Below are positions 19,991-30,100 of a stretch of DNA of 64,000 nucleotides, in pieces. The translations under genes and the position numbers were made by a program. Every line of letters starts with the position of its first letter. Position 1 is the stretch's first letter. The notes under the pieces are model-generated. The model was not told where the DNA came from, searched no databases, and saw only the letters and a list, made by a program, of their open reading frames with translations. This DNA comes from Promethearchaeota archaeon (GTDB lineage: Archaea > Asgardarchaeota > Lokiarchaeia > Sigyniarchaeales > SOKP01): the NCBI GenBank assembly GCA_016840165.1, contig JAEOSU010000072.1, positions 160,001 through 224,000 on the forward strand. The letters run 5' to 3'.

Positions 19991-21169
19991 ATGAAGATTG
20001 AATACGCTGAAAGAGTAAATCGCCTTCCAAAATATATATTTGCCGCGATTGAGGAATTGAAGCTTCAAAAGAAAAAAGAAGGGATAGATATGATTTCACT
20101 TGGAATAGGAGATCCCGATCTATCTACTCCCCAATTAATCATTGATGAATTAGTTAAACAGGCAGGTGATCCTGCAAATCAAAATTATCCTTTAAGTATG
20201 GGGGAGCCAGAGTTTAGAGAAGCTGTAAAGAGATGGTATAATGTAAGATTTCATTTGGATTTCGATGTAGAAACGGAAGTTACAAATTTAATAGGAGGGA
20301 AAGAAGGAGTGGCAAATATTGCTCGAGCTTTTGTTAATCCCGGAGATATTGTAATGTGTCCCAATCCAGGATATCCTGTATACGAAAATGGGGGAACAAA
20401 ATTGAGCGATGGTGTTCCATATCGTATTCCTTTGTTGAAAGAAAATCAATTTTTGCCAAATTTCGAGGATATTGACACGAAAATATTAAAAAAAGCTAAA
20501 ATGCTCTACTTAAATTATCCAAATAACCCAACCGGTGCTATTGCACCCATAGATTTTCTTAAATCCGCAGTTGATTTTGCGGAGGATTATAATTTCTTTA
20601 TCATCTATGATAATCCATATTCTGAATTTACTTTTGGCGATTATATTGCTCCTTCTCTTTTAGAAATCGATCCCAATCATATTGAGATAAATAGTGCGTC
20701 AAAGATGTTTTGTATGACAGGATTCCGATGCGGATGGGCAGTCGGAAATGCAGAAATCATAGATGGGATACGAAAAATCAAATCTCAAATCGATTCCGGA
20801 TGTCCAATTTTCATCCAAAAAGCAGTAATAAAAGGATTAAATGAATATACATCAGAAAAGAAACCTAAAATTGTAAAGGAAAATATTGATATCTATGAAA
20901 AACGGAGGGATGTCTTGATAAAAGGATTAAAAAAAATTGGTTGGGAAACAGATTTTCCAAAAGCAACCTTTTATTTATGGACAAGGATACCCGAAAATGA
21001 AACAAGTAGTATGGAATTTGTAAAAAAACTTATCAATATAGGAGTAATTTTAACCCCCGGAGAGGGTTTTGGTGAGTATGGAGAAGGCTATGTAAGATTT
21101 GCCTTAACTCAATCAATTGACAGAATAAAAGAAGCTATAGAGCGAATTGAAAAATTAATTAATAATTAA
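19991..21169 (+). CDS. Class I/II PLP-dependent aminotransferase (LL-diaminopimelate aminotransferase-like)
   Basis: LGIGDPD, GGKEG, LNYPNNPTG, DNPY, SASKMFCMTGFRCG (PLP Lys), PGEGFGEYGEGYVRFAL. Confidence 0.88.
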   Translation: MKIEYAERVNRLPKYIFAAIEELKLQKKKEGIDMISLGIGDPDLSTPQLIIDELVKQAGDPANQNYPLSMGEPEFREAVKRWYNVRFHLDFDVETEVTNLIGGKEGVANIARAFVNPGDIVMCPNPGYPVYENGGTKLSDGVPYRIPLLKENQFLPNFEDIDTKILKKAKMLYLNYPNNPTGAIAPIDFLKSAVDFAEDYNFFIIYDNPYSEFTFGDYIAPSLLEIDPNHIEINSASKMFCMTGFRCGWAVGNAEIIDGIRKIKSQIDSGCPIFIQKAVIKGLNEYTSEKKPKIVKENIDIYEKRRDVLIKGLKKIGWETDFPKATFYLWTRIPENETSSMEFVKKLINIGVILTPGEGFGEYGEGYVRFALTQSIDRIKEAIERIEKLINN

Positions 21170-21186
21170 AATAAAAAAAATAAGAA

Positions 21187-21429
21187 TTATTTTGAAAGAT
21201 TATCATATTTTTTCCTCAGATAAGCCATTTTCATATCATCCTCATTTTCTAAATCTGAAGCGTCCAAAAACATCATTAATGGAGCATTATCTGAGTTCCA
21301 GTCCTTATAATAGTCTAGAATCATCTCTGGATCGATTTTTCTAGAGAATTCTTTATTCGTACTTGTCACCTCCTTTTGTTTTATTAAACTCTCACATAGA
21401 AAATCCAATCCTATTTCTCCCTCTTTCAA
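21187..21429 (-). CDS. Small hypothetical protein (start uncertain)
   Basis: 80-aa ORF with TTG start that fills the gap and converges on the aminotransferase; no recognisable motif. Confidence 0.5.
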   Translation of the reverse strand: MKEGEIGLDFLCESLIKQKEVTSTNKEFSRKIDPEMILDYYKDWNSDNAPLMMFLDASDLENEDDMKMAYLRKKYDNLSK

Positions 21430-21510
21430 TTAATTGTGAAAATATTATGGTAAGAGAACAAATCCCAAAAAATTAAAAGAAAAAGGCAGAAAAAAGGATT
21501 TATTCTCCCT

Positions 21511-21577
21511 TCATAATACTACACAAATTGGGATGAAGGCTCTCTTATAGCCTACCCATGTAGTTGTAGTATTATGA
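21511..21577. other. Intergenic long hairpin (candidate structured RNA / leader element)
   Basis: Perfect 13-bp inverted repeat TCATAATACTACA / TGTAGTATTATGA enclosing TGGG/CCCA and AGGCT/AGCCT inner stems around a 7-nt loop. Confidence 0.6.
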
Positions 21578-21791
21578 TGTGAAAATTTCATTATAATCAA
21601 ATTATGTATTGAAAAAGAAGTGTTAACGATCCCTTTTAAGATTTCCCATTTTGATCCCATCATAAAAGAAAATCTTAACATAGTTCTTATAACATTTAAT
21701 TGGATGGATTTTCATAATTTTTTAAATTAATTCTTCGTTTAATTAATTGAACAATAATTACATTCAATGAGAGTAAGGGGATAATAAAGGA

Positions 21792-23111
21792 ATGGATAAA
21801 AAGATTGTACTCATTGGGGCAGGTTCTACCTCATTTGGTCCAAATATGTTCTCAGATTTATATTTAAGTGATATTTTAGAAGGTTGCGAAGTTATGTTAA
21901 ATGATATCGATAAAAGCAAGCTAGATATGATGTATGATTTGCTGCTTATCGAAAATGAGCGAAGTGAAGAGAAATTTATCCTTAACAAGACTCTAAACCG
22001 TGAAGAGGCTCTAAAAGGAGCAGATTTCATAATCAATTCAATTGAAGTAGGGGATCGTATGAAACTATGGAGGCAAGATTATGAGATTCCAAGAAAACAT
22101 GGCTCTACTCAGGTTTTAGGAGAGAATGGAGGACCAGGAGGTATCTTTCATACTTTTCGCATCCTTCCTCACATTATAGAAATCGTTAAAGATGTTGAAA
22201 GGATATGCCCGAATGCGTTTTTCATTAATTTTTCAAATCCAATGTCTCGTGTATGTTTGGGAATTAAACGAGCAGTGAATATTAACTTTATTGGTTTATG
22301 TCATGAAATTCATTCACTTGAACACCATATACCGCTTTTATTGAACAAAAAGCTAAATGAAATTAAAATGGTTGTTGCGGGATTGAATCATTTTGGATTT
22401 TTATTAAGTTTGGAAGAAAAGTTGTCAGGTCAGAATTTGCTACCAGACTTTAATCGGAATGCTACGAATTACTTTAAGAAAAAAGAAGATAGATTTGAAT
22501 TTTCACAATTAACTTTCGAGGTGTATGAACGATTTGGTTATTTTCCACATGCCGGTGATAATCATATGGGAGAGTATTTACAATTTGCTGAAGAATTTAC
22601 CAAGACTCAGGATATGGTTGATTGGATAAATCATACTGATCATCAAAATCAAAGCATATTCAAGCGTGCCTTGAGATATCATAAAAAATTGATTAAAAAC
22701 AAATATCCGCGAAAAGGATTCTTAAGTAAATTCCCATCAGGAGAGAGGGCAATACCTATAATAGAGACAATCCTAACAGACAAGAATAGCTATGAGAATT
22801 CCGTTAATATTCCAAATGATGGTATTATTACTAACCTTCCTCAAGATCTCATCGTAGAAGTGCCATGTATCGTAAGTAAGGAGGGTGTGAAAGGTGTAAA
22901 ACTTGGAAATATACCTAAAAATATCGCAGCACTTTTAAGAATTGAAGCAACTATTCAGGATTTGTGTGTAGAGGCCGTACTAAAGAAATCTAAGGATTTA
23001 GCTATGGCTGCTATAGCACTTGATCCTAATGTGGGCAGTTTCAAGAAAGCAGAAATCATTTTTAAAGAGATGACTCAACTTCAAAAGGATTTTTTACCTG
23101 CTTTTAATTAA
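21792..23111 (+). CDS. Glycoside hydrolase family 4 (NAD+/Mn2+-dependent, alpha-galactosidase MelA-like)
   Basis: LIGAGST, ALKGADFII, GENGGPGG, NFSNPM, GLCH, GLNHF, VEVPC. Confidence 0.9.
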   Translation: MDKKIVLIGAGSTSFGPNMFSDLYLSDILEGCEVMLNDIDKSKLDMMYDLLLIENERSEEKFILNKTLNREEALKGADFIINSIEVGDRMKLWRQDYEIPRKHGSTQVLGENGGPGGIFHTFRILPHIIEIVKDVERICPNAFFINFSNPMSRVCLGIKRAVNINFIGLCHEIHSLEHHIPLLLNKKLNEIKMVVAGLNHFGFLLSLEEKLSGQNLLPDFNRNATNYFKKKEDRFEFSQLTFEVYERFGYFPHAGDNHMGEYLQFAEEFTKTQDMVDWINHTDHQNQSIFKRALRYHKKLIKNKYPRKGFLSKFPSGERAIPIIETILTDKNSYENSVNIPNDGIITNLPQDLIVEVPCIVSKEGVKGVKLGNIPKNIAALLRIEATIQDLCVEAVLKKSKDLAMAAIALDPNVGSFKKAEIIFKEMTQLQKDFLPAFN

Positions 23112-23257
23112 TCATTTTTTACTAGTAAATTATCATTTTTGCTAGTATTAAATATAGAATTATTTATATTCAATAAAATAGAGATGATATTATGATCTAA
23201 ATTGATCATAAATATAAAGAGATAGATTTTTTAAATATTATCATTATATAATAGCTT

Positions 23258-24199
23258 ATGAAATCTAATGGGAGAGAGATTTCAGAGGGAAAAATAGAAA
23301 AAGCCACTGAATTATTATGGAGAGTTTGGTGGTTTTGTTTTTATTTACTTATTGTACCTTCTTTAATTGCGGTAATTGGATTTTATATCTTTAACTTTTT
23401 GATTAAAGATGTTTATATTTCTTCTGGATTTGCTGTGTTAAGTTTTATGTTTTCAATACTACTATTTTATAAACCATTTGATAAATATCGAAAAAAATCC
23501 TTTTTTCTTAATAGATTAAATAATCCGACCGCAAGAATTCATATATTATATTTGGTATCAATTTTATCTTTAATAGTAACACCTATTTTTGTTTATATTA
23601 CTCCCGAAGATTATTATTTCGAATTACTCCCATTGATTTCTTATATTATTCTTTATAATATCATATATCTCTATTTTTATTTTAAGCCGATTGATTATTT
23701 TGATATTTCAGAAAGGGCATTTAAGTATCATGGAAGATTCGTTGATTCTTTCAAGAAATTTTACAACATTATACTTGTTGTAAATTTTATTTTTCATATA
23801 ATATTTCTCTCGTATACCTTTGATACCAAATATTCGTGGTTATTTGCGCTTATAGCGGATATAATCTTTTATTTCATCTCACTTTCATCAACTAGAAAAG
23901 TAAGAAGAAATATTTCAAAAAAAATTGAGAGTAAGCAACCAATTACTTTAGAACTTAATCAATATAAGCAGAAATTTTCAATATTAGTTATTAGCCTTGT
24001 TTTTGCATTGATAATCCAAATGCCGTTTGTTGTTATACTCGTATTTAGCTTAATGGGACATATCTTCTCAAATTTCGAAATTTTTAATGCAGCTTTGTTT
24101 TCTATCGCACTCTTGTTATTTTACTTAAAAATTAGGGTTTATTTTAGCATTTACCATCATAAAAACAAAAAACAACGGGAGTTGGATATAATTGAATGA
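23258..24199 (+). CDS. Polytopic membrane protein (about 8 TM), hypothetical
   Basis: Pairs of hydrophobic helices separated by basic loops; overlaps the next ORF by 8 nt. Confidence 0.75.
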   Translation: MKSNGREISEGKIEKATELLWRVWWFCFYLLIVPSLIAVIGFYIFNFLIKDVYISSGFAVLSFMFSILLFYKPFDKYRKKSFFLNRLNNPTARIHILYLVSILSLIVTPIFVYITPEDYYFELLPLISYIILYNIIYLYFYFKPIDYFDISERAFKYHGRFVDSFKKFYNIILVVNFIFHIIFLSYTFDTKYSWLFALIADIIFYFISLSSTRKVRRNISKKIESKQPITLELNQYKQKFSILVISLVFALIIQMPFVVILVFSLMGHIFSNFEIFNAALFSIALLLFYLKIRVYFSIYHHKNKKQRELDIIE

Positions 24200-27100
24200 A
24201 GAAATAATTGAAGATCCAAAAATGCGTAAGTGGCAGATCGCAAATATGATCTTATCATTGTTTTTTATATTCATTACTATTCTATTCTCCTATTTAATTG
24301 AATATCCTATAATTATCCTTATAATTATCCCTATAATTATTATCATTACATATTATGAGCAAAAAGCTAATGTAAGTCCAACTAAGTACAGTAGATTTAT
24401 ATATATCCTCAGTATAGTGATAGTGCTCGGAACTATCAATTTCTGGATCATTCCAAGTTTTATTGATTTTTATCCATTTAACATTCAAGTTATTGTATTT
24501 TGTATTAGTTTTTACCTTCTTTTGCAATATTTTATTCGCTATGAATATTTTAAAAAAGAAAGTGTTATAATTGCCCAACATATCTTAAGTTATCTCACTT
24601 TTATAGTTATTGCTTATTCATTCTTTCCTATCTTAAGTTTTGAGTTTTCTAGCATCTCAAATGAATCTGCAGCTCTGACTTTAAACGTCTTAGCTCATAT
24701 TTTAATTAATCTTTTGGTTCTATTAAGCTCATTATATTATCTTTACCTTCGTCATCTAAAAATGAAATCATCAAAAGTGTTTAATCTTATTTTATTAACT
24801 ATTTTTTTGCTAATTGAGTTAAATTTCTATGCCATAATCAATTTATTGAATTTTTATCGTATAGATTATGGTTCATTTATTCAATTTTTATTCATAGGTT
24901 TAAATTTAATCCCAATTATTTTCTTGGGATATGTACTGGTTAATTTCATATTAGGTATAATACCGGAACAAGTTGAAAAGAAATTGAGCTATATTTTACT
25001 TTGGATAATTTTAAGTTTATCAAGTTTTTCGATAATTTTTGTTTTCTACACTTCATTTCAAATAGTTTTAATCACTATTTTAATATTTTCAGTCATTTCT
25101 CAACTTTTATTAACAATAGGATGGAAATTTACCTATATTTCTGAAATCTCCTTAAGGAAGTTGAGAATAATTATCCTATATGCGATCTATTTAGATCTTT
25201 TTGTTTTGACATTTACTCCTTTTTTTGACTTGCTTCAAATGATTAATTTTGAATACCCAATTTTATTTTCAATTTATTTCTCGCTACTTATAATTGCCAT
25301 AATTCATAATATTTGCTACAGCCAATTTCGTATTTCTAAATTATTTCTCTTTTCATTAAATGTTCTTTCATTATTATTTACTACCTTATTGATATTTCTG
25401 TTTTGCATGTTCTTCACATCAGGAACTTATTATAGCTTGATAATTCCTGTTCTTTTTTCATGTCTCTTTCTATTTATAGCACTTTTCTATATAAAAAGCA
25501 TAGTAAAAAGCAAGATTTTGTTGAATAAGTTAATTTTTTATAATTTATATATCGTCTCGGCACTCATTACGTCGATACCTTATTTTATTACTTTTGAGAT
25601 GGTCAAATTGGGATATACAGTTGATTTTCTCTCGCCATTTAATTTTTCACTCTACATTCTCTATTTCATTCTAGCACTATTGTACATTTTTTCAAGAAAT
25701 CTAAGTTTTAAAGAAGATAGCAGAGATTTACTTCTCAAAATCCAAGTGGGAATTGAAGTGTTAATCGCCTTTACAACTATTTTCTATTATCCTTATCTCT
25801 TGCTTAGAGGGACCACATATCAATTTATATTACCAATATTGTTTACATCCGCCTTTGCATTCCTTCCTCTATTCTTTTCCTATAAAAAAAGGTTCTTTCC
25901 GAAAATAGTTAATAAATACACCATCATTTTTAATGTACTAATTTTATGGGGGTGTATAATTTCATTACCCTCGTTTGTGGCAATGGAATTAACATTACTT
26001 GGCTTTGTTGTGGATTTATATCTCGTTGTCTTGATAACTGGAATTATAGTCTTTGCATTTCTATTATTCCTAAATAATGTTGCCAAATATTTGAGTCTCA
26101 CATCAAGAACAATTGAAATCATAAAAATGTTTCAACTCATTAACTGGATGATTGTTTGTGTTCTATCGAGTTGGCAAGTGTTTCTTTTTATAGATGGATT
26201 GTTCCATGTGATACTTCTTCCAGAAATTAGCATTGCCATATCGGTTATCTTCTTTTTACTAATAAATCTCATTAATTTACCGTTATTAGAAAGTTTCAAG
26301 CAAATTGTATTTGAAAATAGAAAAAGTAGATATGATTACTATAAGATTTACAAAATTTATGAATATAACAAGAATGTCATTTACTTTGGTTTGATCTTTG
26401 CCATTTCTTTCTTAATAAGTTTATTGCCTCGACAATTTGGTTTGTATTCAATTATCTTTATAGAAGAATCATTCATTTTTCCCTTATTGATTCAAATTGC
26501 TATTCTAACGTTGTTTAGTTTATTACTAATGCACATAAAAATATCCTCCTTTAAAATTGAATTTGTAAAAGTCAAGTTAATCCTAGAGATGATATGCTGG
26601 TTTTGTTTAAAGATAATTATTTGCTTATTTGTGATATTGTTTTCAGTACAAATCTCTGTAATTAATCGAATATTTTTGGGAGTATTGGTTTTTTCAATCT
26701 TAAGCCCCATTAGTGTATACTATCTCAATGAAAAATTTATCATTTTAGAGCCATCGATAAAAAGGATGAAACAAGGAATTCTTGCTTTATTTTTGGTTTC
26801 TATTATAAGCTTCTTTGCCGAATTTTATTGGCTTCTTTATTTTGAATTGGCTATAATTGCGATTGATCAATTATATCTTATAATAAATTCTCTATTTATT
26901 GTTTATTTGTATCTTAATTTTACTACGATCCATTACAAGCATATTATAGAGGAGGAAAAAAGCATAAGCCTCTATAAATTCTTTGGGATAAATATTTTGC
27001 TTTTAAGCTCGGTGATCTTGATTAATTCTATCTTCTTTCTTTTTTTCTTAATTCTTTTATATTCATTGATTCTATACAATAGGAATCGAAGTATTATATT

Positions 27101-30100
27101 TCGCTTAATCATGTATTTAGCTCTTTCAATATTTTGTTTCAATGAATTTATTATCAATTTTGATTCAATCAACTTTTTGAAAACATATTCTGTCAATGAA
27201 TATGGGTTGGTACCTTTCTTAGGATTAGCCTCAATAATGTCTGTTTTAACGTTTTCAATTATTATTAATTCTCGAGGTGAGAATTTTATTGAAAGTCGCT
27301 TATTATATGTTTTAATTTCTTTATTTTCCTACATATCCTTCATAACTTTTACTTCTATTGCACAAATTTATAGCGTCTCACTTTCCGCTTCAGTTCTTCT
27401 GTTATTCTTAGGAATTACTTTACATCTTCAGAGTAATGCAAAATCTAAGTGGTATATAGGTTTATCGATTCTTGTCCTCATTTTTGATTTTGTTTTATTT
27501 CTTTCTGAGACCATATTTTTTACAGGAATTCTCTTTCAAACCTCAAAAACAATATTGAGTTATACTTTAGCCTTCAGTATAACAGAAATTCTGCTAGTAT
27601 TAATTTTCAAATCTAGCTCTGGAAAATTAAGAAAATACTCCTTTTATGGAGCTTTTGGATTATTATTAGCGACTTTACCAACATTTACTTATTTTTTTCT
27701 AATTTCCTTATTTGCTCTTCCATTGTTTGAGCCAATTATCTTTATTATTTCAGTTGATGTTTTCATCTTAGTTTTTTACCTCTCAATCGCGACATATCAG
27801 AAGCAAATATCTTGGCAAGTGTGGAGAACAGGATGGTGGTTATGGATTCTTTGTCCTGTAGCAAATTTTTATATTATTTATGAAAGTCTTGCTGGGATCG
27901 ATCTCTTCACGAGTTCGTTATCTTTCTTTGGTTTATTCAATATTAATGGGTCATTTATAGTTGCTTTAATGATTTGTATAGTGATTTCATTGCCTTTTTG
28001 GTATTCATGGATTAAAAAACATTTCTCTGAAACCTTATTTATTGTCTGGGGTTTAAGCTTATTTGCTTTGTATTGGTTAAGCCAAAATATCTTTGCAAGC
28101 AATATCTTTTTTACTAATTTCTTGTTTGTGGTATTTGCGGTATTTTTACTTATTCCAATATTGTTTTGGATGAAACTGTGGAAATTATTCTCAATATCCT
28201 GGGCTATTTTTTCAATTACCGTAATCAGCTTTTTAATTATTTTATTTAATGCGTTAGGTTTTCTAATTGAGATGAATTATTCGCTCAATATTATTATCTC
28301 TGGCGGCTTCCTCCTCATTGCTTCATTTTTTCCGACCTTACGAGCCCAAAAAAGTTTAATTCTAATTTTTTCTTACGCTATCGTCATAATTGGGACTTTT
28401 CTTTCCGTATTTTATATAAATTATTTCATTTTCCTAAACATTTTCATCGCTTTAGCTATGTCTTTAATAATCATAGGAGCAAGTCTCTTTACTTCTCGAA
28501 TCTTCAAACTTAATCAGTTTATATTTAATACAGTTATCTCAATAGCACTGATTTCTGGTTTATCTTTACTCACATATAGTACTTTTAGTTTAATACCTAA
28601 TTTTGAGTTGGGAGCTCTGTTCTTAACAATGACGGTGGGTGGTCTTTCATTTTTTGTTTTTAATCATTTTAAGATGTTATTAGGAATCAACAAAATAATT
28701 CCCCTAGCAATTCTTTCCCTTGGGCTTTCATTGAGTTTATCCTCTTTTGTTCTTGCATTTTTACCTGGAACTATCTTCTTAGCCGCTACGGTTTTTATTT
28801 CGATAAATATAGCTTTCTTTTATTTCGTTTTATATGAATTGAGATATGTACTATTATATCTGATTCCTATTCCGATTAGCACCTTCTTTCTTGAATTTAT
28901 TGGATTAATTGAGATCTTTCGACCACTTATAGTTTTTATATTAATCGCCTTGATGCTTTATACCACTTCTTTTCAACTAATTTTAAACATATTAAACCCA
29001 GCTAAATCAAAAAGTGTAGATATCGAATATAAAGGATTATTGAAAATCTATAATGACCAGAAGCGAATTAGAGTAATCAATTTTAGTGCTTTAGTATTAA
29101 ATAGTACTTATTTCTCACTTTTTATAACTCTTATAAGCCCATTGTCTCTTTTATATCAAATCTTAGAATTCCTTATAGTATGGTCTGTTTTAATCCTATT
29201 TAGCTTAAGATACTTTAGAAAATGGAATTTAGATAAAGAATTCATTGATCTAGCATCAATTATTTTTAAATTTTCTTCTATAATTGCTGTATTATTATAT
29301 TTTGAATTGGCATTTTTAGTTTTTGGTATCTTGTTGGAATATTTCTTGTTAGAGCTCCAAATTTGCATTTTAATGAGTTTAATTTTCTATTTCCTTCTTA
29401 GTCTGTTAGATATATATGTTATAAAGAGAGGCCATCGCCATCTTATGCATCTTTTTAATATTGCTGACTATATTTTGATCACAATATTCTTAATTGCATT
29501 TCTAAATCAATTTCTCTTTATTAATACTAATCTCTTGCTATTAATTATTATTTTAATATTATTAATGCAGTTTTATACTAATTATGGAATTTTTAGCTTT
29601 TTAAAGGATTTCGAAAGCCTCGAGAAGACTAAATTAGAAAATATGAAAGAGATTGGTAAGAATATAATTACAAATTTACTATTTCTCGCGATTAGCCTTT
29701 ATGGAGCAAATTTTATCACAAATATGATTCAACAAACATATCCTACAATAAGTATAATTTCTCTCCTTTCATCATATATTATGATATTCTCTATTTTTAT
29801 GTACATCTTTAATATGGTATTCAAAACCAAATATCAAAGAGTTTTAACTAGCTCTTTTTTTATTACTTTTCAAATTCTATTAGCAATTTTCTGGATATCA
29901 TTATTTAGTTTTCTTGATTTACTTACATTATATAGCTTTGCATTATTACTGATTATTGAAACGATATTTACATTTTATTCGGTAAATTTAATAGATAAAT
30001 TACTAAGTGGAAAGATAAAGGAAAATCTTAAGCCTAAAATATACGTCATTTTATCTCTTTTAGTGTATTTTGAATTTTCATTTTTAGTATTCAGCATTGC

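Noticed and set aside
21511-21577. Hairpin as a eukaryote-like SECIS element (it contains ATGA, and Lokiarchaeia use SECIS)
   Set aside because: There is no GA on the 3' arm opposite the ATGA to form the kink-turn core, the upper stem is too short, and no neighbouring gene has an in-frame TGA.
24150-24230. Possible frameshift joining the 313-aa and 2540-aa membrane ORFs into one protein
   Set aside because: An in-frame TAA lies immediately before the TTG start of the second ORF, and a GGAG SD sits about 10 nt upstream. An ordinary 8-nt overlap with translational coupling explains the arrangement.
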